Positions 1 to 9,564 of a stretch of 64,000 nucleotides of DNA are shown here, piece by piece (the stretch's first letter is position 1; the number at the start of each line of letters is the position of its first letter). This DNA comes from Patescibacteria group bacterium. Its GTDB lineage: Bacteria > Patescibacteriota > Patescibacteriia > UBA10025 > JAHIVO01. The position numbers and the translations under genes were made by a program. Under the pieces are notes generated by a model. The model had not been told where the DNA came from. It saw nothing but the letters and a program-made list of their open reading frames with translations, and ran no database searches. Location of the stretch: contig JBMOKY010000001.1 of NCBI GenBank assembly GCA_049325535.1, forward strand, positions 221,002 through 285,001, read 5' to 3'.

Positions 1-2694
1 GTAGCAAATATCGCCGTCAATGCCGGCGTCACGGCACTGCCGCAGATTTCCGCGTTGGATGGTCAGGATCCGGATATCGCGCTGTATGCCGATGGCCGTC
101 CGGGTATCGTCTGGCGAGATCCAAATTATGTACTCTACCGCCAGTGGGACGGCAGCGCCTGGGTCTCGGCTAGCGGTTCCGCTGGTATCGACTTCCTCTG
201 GGTCAATGCGGCTACAACCGGGGAAACCGAACGCTTAGCTGAGCTACATGGAGCTCCGTCAGTGGCTATCGGAAACGACGATCAGCCTCATATCGTGTGG
301 AGTGACGATTTGGCCGCGTCCGATATCGGAGACGTGCGCTATCGGCACTGGGATCCGGTCGCCAATGGCGGTCAGGGTGCCTGGGTCACCGGATCGGGCG
401 CGTATGGCAGTAATGGTGGGCCGTATAATTATGATGATCAAAATTTGACCGTGGCCGCGACCGCTTCCGGATATTCGCAGAGTCCGGTACTGGGGCTGGA
501 TCGGATGAATAATCCACACGTCGCCTGGAATGAGCTCATGTATGCCGGGGCCTGCAATCCTGCAAATGGCAATGCTGACTGCGGCGGTGCGTATCCCTAT
601 TGCATGACTGTGCCCTCGACCAGCGTCATCTATCGGTGCGCCGCCTCGGATGTGTACTATACCAAGCTCGCCGCTGGTAATACGGCCTCTGGCATCGGCT
701 GGATTGAGTTTATTCCTGCTGGGGCATTATTGGGAATTCCCTACGTCCAGACGTCATTTGGTGATGTTTTTGCGGGAGATAATATTGAATTGGCACCGCC
801 GCCAGCCGGGACGAATCAATACACGGCCACCTATCTGATACAGGCCAATGGCGATATCCAGGGGATTACGGGAAACTATACCTCTTCTCAGAGCGGATTA
901 CCCACTAGTTCTCTGGATGAACCCGGGTTAAATCCGCTGCTGCCCGGTTCTGAGCAACCATTCGGGCCAAACGTATTGTCGCGTCTGGACATAGATTCCC
1001 TGATTACCGCTGATCCAGTGACCAGTAAGGATCGCTTCGGCTATATCGTCAATACATATGCGGGCGGAGACTTGAGTGACGGCAGTCTGCTGGGCACGGC
1101 GCCGGTTCTGAACAATCAGGTCTATCACGTGACAGGTGATGCGACTATTGATCATCCCATGGTCATTACCAAGGGTGATATAGGAACTGATACATCGGGT
1201 AATGGGGTCATCATTATCGACGGGGATTTGGAGATCAATGCGCCAGTAACCTATGATTCGACCGTGCTTGGTGACATCACCGAGATGCCCTCGCTGGCAG
1301 TGATCGTGCGCGGGAATATTTACATCAATTCGTTGGTAGGCGAATTTGCCGGCGTGGTGGTAGCCATCGATCCCGATCTGGATGACGGTTATGAAGAGGG
1401 TATTATCAGTACCGGACGGAAAGTGCCGCTGCTGTATGGAGTCGCCGCGGCTACTGATGACACCACCGTCAGCAGTACGTATGTCAATGGAGTCAATAGC
1501 CAGCAGCTGCAATTCGGCGTGGACGCCGGCGGTGTCACCCATCGTGCATTCCTGCGCTGGCCGATTGCCATACCGGCCGGATCGGAAATCAGGCGCGCCT
1601 ACCTCCGATTGAGTTCGGATCTGGTGGGAAGCGGCAATGATTTTGAGGGCAGGATCTATCTCATCGATCAGGACACCGTCGGGGCGTTCACCGGCGCCGG
1701 ACAACCGATATATGATCTGCCGGTTTCAAACAGCATTACTTTTGATACTACCGACTGGAATGGCGTGGCCGTGCATGAATCGCCGGATGTTACGTCGCTG
1801 GTGCAGCGTTTCGTGGATAGTGATGCCTATACTCCGGGGACCTATCTCGGATTTGCTATTCATGAAGGACAGGCGCAGACGGGCGAATTCAAGCAGTTCT
1901 ATGCCCAGGACCATCTGTCCGGGTCAGCTGTAGAACTGGTGATCGAATACGCGCCACAACGAACCGTCTACGGGGTACTGGCGCAGGAAGATGATGTTTC
2001 CGCCTGGGGGACAAATGTGGGGGATTGGAGTGCTGCCCCGGCATGCATGAGCGCCGGATGGTATTCAAATAACCCCAATCGGGTATTTATGCGGTTCAGC
2101 CCTGAACCAGCCGGCGCGGGTTGGACTGAAATTCCGGAAAATGCCCAAATTCTGAGAGCGCGTATGCGGGTGACTGGCGCGGCATGCAGCGCCGGCGCGG
2201 CATTCCAGCTGCGTCAGGGATTGCTTAACGAAGTCGATATGCCCGCTATCGCGGCCAATCCGTATGAGTATGTTTTGAGCCAGGATGTATCGGAAATAGC
2301 CGATGATTTACCGGCCACCACCTGGGCCAATGGTACCGTGTACCAGCTGGCTGATACTCGGACACTGATTCAGGCTTGGGTGGATATGACCGGCTACGCA
2401 CCGGGAAATCATCTCGGTATCCGACTACGCCGAGGGGGCAATGAAACATTTGCCGGTGTCAATGAATTTCGTTCATTGCAGCCGCTGCTGACGAAGTATG
2501 ACATTGATTACCGAGTGCCGCTGCGCGTGTCAGGATTGTTCATTGCCCGCGGGTACCATTTTGACCGGAAGTATACGAAGAATCTTGAAGGTGCGGAGCA
2601 GATTGTGTATGATGGGAGGGTAGTGGCAAATACGCCCCCGGGACTTGCCGACTTCACAAAAGCATTACCAATTTATCAACGCGTAGTTCCCTAA
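1..2694 (+). CDS. Giant secreted/surface protein, 5'-truncated; propeller-like repeats, Cys-rich microdomain, C-terminal CPR beta-solenoid with two inserted DNRLRE/CBM96-like modules; putative pilus adhesin
   Basis: Frame is open from base 1. Repeats PHIVWSD/PHVAWNE; IIIDGDLEIN..IVRGNIYI solenoid; RAFLRW..IPAGSEIRRAYLRL and RVFMRF..IPENAQILRARMRV modules. Ends 6 nt before pilM. Confidence 0.6.
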   Translation, partial: VANIAVNAGVTALPQISALDGQDPDIALYADGRPGIVWRDPNYVLYRQWDGSAWVSASGSAGIDFLWVNAATTGETERLAELHGAPSVAIGNDDQPHIVWSDDLAASDIGDVRYRHWDPVANGGQGAWVTGSGAYGSNGGPYNYDDQNLTVAATASGYSQSPVLGLDRMNNPHVAWNELMYAGACNPANGNADCGGAYPYCMTVPSTSVIYRCAASDVYYTKLAAGNTASGIGWIEFIPAGALLGIPYVQTSFGDVFAGDNIELAPPPAGTNQYTATYLIQANGDIQGITGNYTSSQSGLPTSSLDEPGLNPLLPGSEQPFGPNVLSRLDIDSLITADPVTSKDRFGYIVNTYAGGDLSDGSLLGTAPVLNNQVYHVTGDATIDHPMVITKGDIGTDTSGNGVIIIDGDLEINAPVTYDSTVLGDITEMPSLAVIVRGNIYINSLVGEFAGVVVAIDPDLDDGYEEGIISTGRKVPLLYGVAAATDDTTVSSTYVNGVNSQQLQFGVDAGGVTHRAFLRWPIAIPAGSEIRRAYLRLSSDLVGSGNDFEGRIYLIDQDTVGAFTGAGQPIYDLPVSNSITFDTTDWNGVAVHESPDVTSLVQRFVDSDAYTPGTYLGFAIHEGQAQTGEFKQFYAQDHLSGSAVELVIEYAPQRTVYGVLAQEDDVSAWGTNVGDWSAAPACMSAGWYSNNPNRVFMRFSPEPAGAGWTEIPENAQILRARMRVTGAACSAGAAFQLRQGLLNEVDMPAIAANPYEYVLSQDVSEIADDLPATTWANGTVYQLADTRTLIQAWVDMTGYAPGNHLGIRLRRGGNETFAGVNEFRSLQPLLTKYDIDYRVPLRVSGLFIARGYHFDRKYTKNLEGAEQIVYDGRVVANTPPGLADFTKALPIYQRVVP

Positions 2695-2700
2695 ACACGT

Positions 2701-3843
2701 ATGGCAAAAAAACAAAGCTATCTCGGAGTCGATCTCGGTGGTTCGAGCATCAAGATTGTCGAACTGAAAACAGAAAATAACCGGCCGCAGCTGGTGACGT
2801 ACGGTTTTATTGATGAGACCTATAATATCGTCAAAGACGATACCAAAGAAGCTCGCGCGGAGATCGCCGCGCATTTGAAGGAGCTTCTGAAACGCTCAAA
2901 GGTTTCTACGGAAAATGCCGTTGCGGCGCTGCCGAGTTTTAGCGTATTTAGTTCGATCATCAGCCTGCCGGCGATGAATAAAAAAGATCTCATTTCCGCG
3001 GTGCGGTGGGAAGCGAAAAAATTCGTCCCCATCCCCTTGGAGGAGATGATTTTGGATTGGGAAGTGCTGGGTGGCTTGCCCGAGGAGAAGAATAAAAAGA
3101 AGGATGGAACATTTGCTCATACTATGAAAAAAGTTGATCCGGAAAAGAAATTGGAAGTTGAAGTAGAGCAGAAAAAAAATACTGACGACTCGCAGAAAAA
3201 CAACTTACGCGTGCTGTTGACCGCTGCCCCAAAGAACATGGTCAATAATTATGTGGCTTTATTTAAGGAGGTCGGTTTGCGGCTGGTTGGACTGGAAACT
3301 GAGTCGTTTGCCATTGAGCGTGCGCTGGTTGGCAATGACCGCAATCCCATCATGGTGATCGACATCGGCGGAGCGGCTACCAGCATCATCATTTATGCTG
3401 AAGGCGTGCCGATATTGAATCGGAGCATTGATTTGGGCGGAAAGAGTATCACTCAGTCCATGATGGACGCCATGCAGATGACCTACGAGCAGGCGGAACA
3501 ATTCAAACGTGACCTGAGTGTGACGGTCGGTTCGGAATCGATGAACAATCTGCCGAAGCAGGTGAAGTATGTGATAAATTCCATCATGAATGAGATCCGG
3601 TATATTCTGAATATATATCGGAATCAGTATAAACAGCCGATTTCAAAAATTGTATTAACCGGCGGGTCGGCATTTCTTGGCAATTTGACGCAGTATATAC
3701 AGGAGAATTTTAATATCAAATCATTCGTAGGTGACCCCTGGGCGCGAGTCGTACATCCGGTCGAGATCGATTCACTGCTGAAAGAGCTAGGGCCCCGTAT
3801 GTCAGTGGCTATCGGGCTGGCAATGCGCGAGTTGACGTCCTGA
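2701..3843 (+). CDS. pilM: Type IV pilus assembly protein PilM (actin-like fold)
   Basis: LGVDLGGSSIKIVEL, VIDIG, IVLTGGSA and AIGLAMR motifs; carries a ~40-aa charged insertion. Confidence 0.93.
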   Translation: MAKKQSYLGVDLGGSSIKIVELKTENNRPQLVTYGFIDETYNIVKDDTKEARAEIAAHLKELLKRSKVSTENAVAALPSFSVFSSIISLPAMNKKDLISAVRWEAKKFVPIPLEEMILDWEVLGGLPEEKNKKKDGTFAHTMKKVDPEKKLEVEVEQKKNTDDSQKNNLRVLLTAAPKNMVNNYVALFKEVGLRLVGLETESFAIERALVGNDRNPIMVIDIGGAATSIIIYAEGVPILNRSIDLGGKSITQSMMDAMQMTYEQAEQFKRDLSVTVGSESMNNLPKQVKYVINSIMNEIRYILNIYRNQYKQPISKIVLTGGSAFLGNLTQYIQENFNIKSFVGDPWARVVHPVEIDSLLKELGPRMSVAIGLAMRELTS

Positions 3844-3875
3844 TGCAAAAATTGTCTAGTAAGTGGGACCATGAT

Positions 3876-3907
3876 GCCGCTCTGAGGCCGGAGCGGCTTT
3901 TTGTTTT
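3876..3907 (+). terminator. Intrinsic terminator after pilM
   Basis: GCCGCTC-N8-GAGCGGC followed by TTTTTGTTTT. Confidence 0.75.
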
Positions 3908-3934
3908 AAACCTGCCAAGAAAAGGTGCAAATCC

Positions 3935-3963
3935 TTGACTTTCGTATTTAAATGTGCTAAAAT
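3935..3963 (+). promoter_or_regulatory. Sigma70 promoter for the pilN operon
   Basis: TTGACT-17nt-TAAAAT with extended TGn. Confidence 0.7.
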
Positions 3964-4127
3964 AAAGACATAATAAGCAAATACTAGAGAAAAAAGACTC
4001 TATATATTGCTTATGCATGAAGCGCCCAAGTCCCACAGGACATGGGGCCATCGTTTTTTATCGCCACACTACCGTGGTTTTACTCATCACGCGTAGTAAA
4101 AAAACAAAAATAAAACACGTTTGACGT

Positions 4128-5876
4128 ATGGCGATTAATCTCCTCCCCAGCGAGGAAAAAGCAAAAGCAAAAATAGAAAAATCAGCACCCGAGCAAACCA
4201 TTGCCATGACCGGACCGACTGCGGCTGAAAAAAATAAACCCACGGTCAAGCGGGCAGGTGTTTTGACGTTTTTCAAAGGAGCGTTCAGCAAGCCGAAACA
4301 GAAGCCTGAGGAGGAAGCGGGAGTGCCGATCCCCGAGCGGAAGGTGCGTTTTGAAGAGCATGTGGTGTATCAACCTACGCCGGTTGAGCCGAAGAAGATT
4401 GTCACCTTTCAGCCAAAACCGAAAGAAGAAAAAAAATCAAAGTCCGCGTCGCCGTTGCCGGCGGATAGGGGAGGTTTTTTTGCGCGTTTCATCAGGGTGA
4501 AGCCTGCACCAGAAAAGCCGGCTGCTCCGACCGGGGTCGTGGGTGCGGAAGCATTTCCGCGGTTCGCGCATGTACGCACCGAACATCTGTCGGAGACTTC
4601 AGGTACCGCCAAAAAGCGGAATGGAAATGTCATCAAAGTTACCACCGCGGCGCCGGAAGCGCGATCAACTAATACGCGTCATGATCGACCGTCGCTGTTC
4701 AAACGGATCGCTGCCTGGTTACGTTCATTATTTGGAACGAAATCACGAGAACAGAAACTGCCGCTGCGCGATCAATCTGAAGTGGCTCCCGTGCCCGCAT
4801 CGGTGCCGCAGCAGTCAGTCAGATATAAAACAGTTTCTATGCCCGCACCGCAAGTACGCGTGGCGCCCGTGCCAGTAGTGCCAATCAGCAAACCGCCTCT
4901 GGCTGCGCCGCACGCTGAAACTGCGCGTCCGATAGTACCCCCGATACCTAAACCGTCGGCACCGGTCGTTCCGCCTCCGCTCCCGCCCCAGCCACCGAAA
5001 CCAGTGCCACCGATACCCATTCTGCCTCCAGAAAAAAAACACCAGCATGAAAAAAAACAAACGGTGCAGTTTACCTCAGCACCAGAGCTGAAAGATGGCC
5101 CAGCCCCAGTTGCGCCGACAGTGCAGTCGCGGGGCTTTATGAGCAGGTTGCTTGCGGGTCTGCGGGGACTTTTTCGCACCCGTGCCAAGGCAGCACTGAC
5201 AGGCGCTGCATCAGGTGGAGGTATCGGCCAAAAAACCGATGTACCAATCACGCCAGCGGGGATGAACTGGGATGTCAATCTAGTTCCGGAAGAAGCACTA
5301 GAGCAAGAAATTTCCGTGTCGCGGCTGCTGCTATTGGCTACGTTCGTCACCATCGCCATCGGGGTGGTGTTTGGCGGCTGGCTGTGGGCAAACTGGTATT
5401 TCAATTCCATCACGACCAATATCAACGAGATCAATAATCAAATCGCTATTTCCGATATTCAAATCCGATCCTATGATACGATGCAGGACGAGGTGAAGGA
5501 TTTACAGGCGAAAATTACGAACGTCAAAACGCTGCTCAATAAGCATATTTATTGGTCGCGGTTGTTTTCAAAACTGGAGCAGTACACGACTCCTGACGTG
5601 TATTTCACGTCACTGACCGCCGACGTCAATGGCTCGATCAATCTGTCTGCCGTCGGGCGAAATTATAATGCCGCCATAAAGCAATTGATGGTGTACAATC
5701 AAGCGGATGATTTTGTCTCCTCGGTGACTATATCGGGCATCACCTTCCGTACCTCGAGCGCGTCAGGCGCCGCTGCTAGTCAGCCGGCGACTTCGGTAGT
5801 TGCCGATCCGCCGGTCACCTTTACCGTGGATTTGAAGGTGCTCCCCGACATTTTTTACTTTACTCAAACCCCATGA
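4128..5876 (+). CDS. pilN: PilN-family protein with a ~380-aa Pro-rich N-terminal extension
   Basis: INLLP motif at the N-terminus, VNLVP before a single TM, then coiled coil and PilN domain (WSRLFSKLEQYTTPDVYFTSL). Lies between pilM and pilO. Confidence 0.8.
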   Translation: MAINLLPSEEKAKAKIEKSAPEQTIAMTGPTAAEKNKPTVKRAGVLTFFKGAFSKPKQKPEEEAGVPIPERKVRFEEHVVYQPTPVEPKKIVTFQPKPKEEKKSKSASPLPADRGGFFARFIRVKPAPEKPAAPTGVVGAEAFPRFAHVRTEHLSETSGTAKKRNGNVIKVTTAAPEARSTNTRHDRPSLFKRIAAWLRSLFGTKSREQKLPLRDQSEVAPVPASVPQQSVRYKTVSMPAPQVRVAPVPVVPISKPPLAAPHAETARPIVPPIPKPSAPVVPPPLPPQPPKPVPPIPILPPEKKHQHEKKQTVQFTSAPELKDGPAPVAPTVQSRGFMSRLLAGLRGLFRTRAKAALTGAASGGGIGQKTDVPITPAGMNWDVNLVPEEALEQEISVSRLLLLATFVTIAIGVVFGGWLWANWYFNSITTNINEINNQIAISDIQIRSYDTMQDEVKDLQAKITNVKTLLNKHIYWSRLFSKLEQYTTPDVYFTSLTADVNGSINLSAVGRNYNAAIKQLMVYNQADDFVSSVTISGITFRTSSASGAAASQPATSVVADPPVTFTVDLKVLPDIFYFTQTP

Positions 5877-6445
5877 ATCCCAAAGCATTAAAACGTCGCA
5901 TCGCATTTATTTTCAGCCAGTATTTTGTGTTGGTGGTGATTGGGTTTGTGGTGGTGATTCTCGGTTTGGGATATCTCATTTTTATCCAGGGTATCGTCAG
6001 CGATATCCAGGAAGTCGGGATGGTAGACCTTACGTCGCAGCTCCAGACGCTAGACCAGCGGCGGGTCACATTGGAACGGCTTGAGGACCTGCAATTGCAG
6101 TACCAGCAGATCACGCATGACCAGGTACGTCAGGCGGAGTCCGTATTGCCCACGGCTGCGGAAATCCCACAGATCATGATTGAACTCAAGGACTTCGTGC
6201 TGCAAAATCAGCTGGATCTCCGCGCCCTCGATAGCGGCCCATTGCAGGAGCCGGTTGCCGCTCCGAGCGCCACGGTCAAAACGCTGAATATCTCCCTGAC
6301 CATCGATGGTATCGTCAGCTATGCCAAGCTGAAGGATTTCCTGGATAATGTCAGCCAGCGGCTTCCATTACTGGAATTAAACGCAATCAGTTATTCGCCC
6401 AGCAACACAAGTTATACGCTTAATTGCACCCTGTACTATCAATAG
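5873..6445 (+). CDS. pilO: PilO-family protein
   Basis: TM, coiled coil, LPTAAEIP, YAKLKDFLDNV; ATGA overlap with pilN. Confidence 0.8.
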   Translation: MNPKALKRRIAFIFSQYFVLVVIGFVVVILGLGYLIFIQGIVSDIQEVGMVDLTSQLQTLDQRRVTLERLEDLQLQYQQITHDQVRQAESVLPTAAEIPQIMIELKDFVLQNQLDLRALDSGPLQEPVAAPSATVKTLNISLTIDGIVSYAKLKDFLDNVSQRLPLLELNAISYSPSNTSYTLNCTLYYQ

Positions 6446-6451
6446 CATCGT

Positions 6452-7375
6452 ATGTTAATACAACGTCGCGGACTAAATAAACGAACAACGTATCTGCTGA
6501 TCACCGCACTCGTGGTGATGCTGGGTGGTGGCTATTTCGTGTACTCGCAATTTTACGCGTCAAGTGAAGGGGTCACGACGCTCGGCACGACCGGCGGCAG
6601 CGCTTTGGTCCCGTCGCAGGTGGCCTCGCTCGATGATTCAATATTTGATGATCCGCAGCTTTTTACCCTGGAGCGTGATCAATTCGCCGGCTATACGGAG
6701 CAAACATCGGGCGCAGCAATTGATCCGAAATTGCCTCTGGCACCGGTTAACGTTTCCATCCAAAATCCCGGTATCGGCGCCACACTGGTCATTCATTGGC
6801 AGACACCCGCATACGCCAATTACACCGAGGCAAGAATCTATCGATCCGAGGTCCAAAACACGCTGGGAACCCGTATCGCCACGCTGGATGTCGATCAGGC
6901 CAACCGCATCATGTCGTATGAGGACACGTCAGTGGAAAATAATCGTCGGTACTACTATCTGATCCGCCTCGCTACTTCAGCCGGTATCGAATCGACCAAC
7001 GCAGTGCAGTCGGCCGCTATTGCCACTGATGATTTGCCGCCCGCGGCACCGCACAATGTATCAGTCGTCTCCGTCGGTGATGATTTGGAAGTACGCTGGC
7101 ATCTGGAAAATGCTGATGATGTCGCCGCTGTCCGAATTTACCGTTCGTTGGTTCCCGGAGAGATCGGCGAGCTGCTGGTGGAGGGGGCGCCGCAATCTGG
7201 ATCTGATGAAACTGATCCGGAGTATACGTATCGTGACGGATCGATAGACGTCAATACGACGTATTATTATACGGTGACTGCCCAGGACGCGAGTGGCAAT
7301 GAATCATCGCGGGATATACTCAGCGTGCCCTACAATGTCAATCCGTTTGCACCGGTAGATTTTACTACTTCGTAA
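6452..7375 (+). CDS. Membrane-anchored protein with two fibronectin type III domains
   Basis: N-terminal TM; APVNVSI..W..RIYRS..YEDTSV..YYY and PAAPHNV..YYYTVTAQDASGNES. Confidence 0.75.
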   Translation: MLIQRRGLNKRTTYLLITALVVMLGGGYFVYSQFYASSEGVTTLGTTGGSALVPSQVASLDDSIFDDPQLFTLERDQFAGYTEQTSGAAIDPKLPLAPVNVSIQNPGIGATLVIHWQTPAYANYTEARIYRSEVQNTLGTRIATLDVDQANRIMSYEDTSVENNRRYYYLIRLATSAGIESTNAVQSAAIATDDLPPAAPHNVSVVSVGDDLEVRWHLENADDVAAVRIYRSLVPGEIGELLVEGAPQSGSDETDPEYTYRDGSIDVNTTYYYTVTAQDASGNESSRDILSVPYNVNPFAPVDFTTS

Positions 7376-7381
7376 TCAATC

Positions 7382-9145
7382 ATGGCTGATCAATTTTCCC
7401 AATCCTACCAAGGTCAATCTCTGTTTGAAACGCTGGCTCAGCAGCGGTCTATTCCTGCTGAAAAAATCACGGCGATTCGTCAGCAATTTCCTGAGGACGA
7501 AGAGGCCATCCGGGAGCTGATACAGAAAGGGTTTGTCTCTGAAGAAGAGGTGGCAAAAGTGCGGGCGCAGATGCTGGGCGTGTCGTATATTGATCTATTC
7601 GGTAAATCAATTTCTCAGTCGATTCTCAATCTGATCCCTCGGGAGCTTTCAGAAAATTACCATGTCGTTACTTTTAATAAAACAGGCAATACCATCGACA
7701 TCGCCATGGTTAATCCCGGTGATTTCAAAGCCATCGAGGCGGTGGAATTTATCGCCCGGGAAAATGGGTTCAAGCTAAATTATCATCTGATATCAGAGAG
7801 CGGATTTCGTCAGGCATTTAAGCAATTTGCCACGCTGGGGGCGGAAGTCGAGGAAGCATTGGCGAGCACTGAGAAACAGGACAGTGAGGACGACGCGCTG
7901 GAAGAGGCGCTGTCCAAAGAAAAGGGGATGGAGGAAGTCGTCAAGAGCGCCCCGGTGTCTAAAATGGTCAATGTCATTCTCAAACACGCCGTGGAAGGCA
8001 ATGCGTCTGATATCCACATCGAGCCGGTGGAAAATGAGACCCGGGTGCGCTACCGGGTGGATGGTGTGCTGCACACGTCACTGGTCCTGCCGCGCTACGT
8101 GCACAATTCCATCGTGGCCCGTATCAAAGTCATGTGCAATCTCAAGCTGGATGAGACACGTGTGCCGCAGGACGGGCGTTTCCGTACCGAGTGGGGCGGC
8201 CGGATTATCGATTACCGCGTATCGACACTGCCGCTCTTTGCCAATGAAAAAGTCGTGATGCGTATTTTGGACCGATCATCGGTGGTTCTCGATTTGGAAA
8301 AATTAGGATTTGAAGGGCGGCAACTGGACCTGATGAAAAAAGCCACTGAAAAATCAGTCGGCATGATCCTGCTCACTGGCCCGACCGGTTCCGGTAAGTC
8401 GACGACGCTCTCGGCATTGCTGACTATTCTCAATGAAGAATCGGTTAATATCGTAACATTGGAAGATCCGGTTGAGTATTATATCGAAGGCGTCAATCAG
8501 TCGCAGATCAATCCTGACGTCGGTCTGACATTTGCCGCTGGACTGCGGTCTATCCTCCGCCAGGATCCGGATGTGATCATGGTCGGTGAAATTCGTGACA
8601 ATGAAACTGCGGAATTGGCCGTACACGCATCTCTGACCGGCCATCTGGTACTATCGACGCTCCATACCAATGACTCATTCGGCGCCATTCCCCGCATGAT
8701 TGACATGAAGATTGAGCCGTTCCTGATCACCGCGTCGCTGTCCACCATCGTGGCCCAGCGTTTGGTGCGCCGCGTCTGTCAGTATTGCCAAAAGGAAGTG
8801 CAGCTGCCTGACGAGCTGAAGCGGGACGTGGAAAAACAAATCGCCGGTATCCCACCGGAGGTGTTCAAACGCCGTTTGGGAACAGAAAAACCCGAATTGA
8901 AATTTTACGAGGGGACTGGATGCGCGCGTTGTGAAAACACCGGGTATAAAGGGCGTATTCTCATCACGGAGATATTGGAGATTGACGAGGAGATGAAAAA
9001 CGTCATCGTCACCAATCCCAGCATTGACTCAATCCGGGAGACGGCACAGCGACAGAACATGCTGACGATGGCGCAGGATGGCATCCTCAAGGCGATGGAA
9101 CGAAAGACGTCATTTCGTGAAATTTTAAGTGCGACTCGAACATAA
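7382..9145 (+). CDS. pilB: Type IV pilus extension ATPase PilB (GspE/PulE family)
   Basis: ASDIHIEP, GPTGSGKST, EDPVE, LRQDPDVIMVGEIRD, STLHTN and Zn motifs CQYC/CARC. Confidence 0.95.
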   Translation: MADQFSQSYQGQSLFETLAQQRSIPAEKITAIRQQFPEDEEAIRELIQKGFVSEEEVAKVRAQMLGVSYIDLFGKSISQSILNLIPRELSENYHVVTFNKTGNTIDIAMVNPGDFKAIEAVEFIARENGFKLNYHLISESGFRQAFKQFATLGAEVEEALASTEKQDSEDDALEEALSKEKGMEEVVKSAPVSKMVNVILKHAVEGNASDIHIEPVENETRVRYRVDGVLHTSLVLPRYVHNSIVARIKVMCNLKLDETRVPQDGRFRTEWGGRIIDYRVSTLPLFANEKVVMRILDRSSVVLDLEKLGFEGRQLDLMKKATEKSVGMILLTGPTGSGKSTTLSALLTILNEESVNIVTLEDPVEYYIEGVNQSQINPDVGLTFAAGLRSILRQDPDVIMVGEIRDNETAELAVHASLTGHLVLSTLHTNDSFGAIPRMIDMKIEPFLITASLSTIVAQRLVRRVCQYCQKEVQLPDELKRDVEKQIAGIPPEVFKRRLGTEKPELKFYEGTGCARCENTGYKGRILITEILEIDEEMKNVIVTNPSIDSIRETAQRQNMLTMAQDGILKAMERKTSFREILSATRT

Positions 9146-9159
9146 TTATCACTAAACCT

Positions 9160-9543
9160 ATGACACCCGCAAGCCCAATCAAAATTCTTTTGGTGGAGGA
9201 CGATACATTTTTAGCCGGCATGTATGTGACCAAGCTCAATCTGGATGGGTTTCAGGTTGAATTGGCGGCCGACGGCGAGCAGGGGCTGGAGCGGGCCCAG
9301 GCGACGAAGCCGGATATTGTATTACTCGATGTCATATTGCCCAGAATGAGCGGCTTTGATGTGCTAAAAAATATTAAATCCGACGCCACGCTCAAAGACG
9401 TCCCCGTGGTGATGCTGACCAATCTGGGTCAGCCGGAGGACGTGCAGAAAGGGTTGGCTCTTGGTGCGGTTGATTACCTGGTCAAGGCGCATTTTATGCC
9501 GTCTGAAGTAGTGGACAAAGTTAAGGAAATATTAAAAAAATAG
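9160..9543 (+). CDS. Single-domain response regulator (receiver only)
   Basis: ILLVEDD, PDIVLLDVILP, LT, GAVDYLVK; no output domain. Confidence 0.92.
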   Translation: MTPASPIKILLVEDDTFLAGMYVTKLNLDGFQVELAADGEQGLERAQATKPDIVLLDVILPRMSGFDVLKNIKSDATLKDVPVVMLTNLGQPEDVQKGLALGAVDYLVKAHFMPSEVVDKVKEILKK

Positions 9544-9564
9544 CCTGACTCAGCAGAGAATCTC

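Noticed and set aside
3809-4051. 80-aa minus-strand ORF in the pilM-pilN gap
   Set aside because: It overlaps a terminator, a promoter and leader hairpins, and has no protein-like features.
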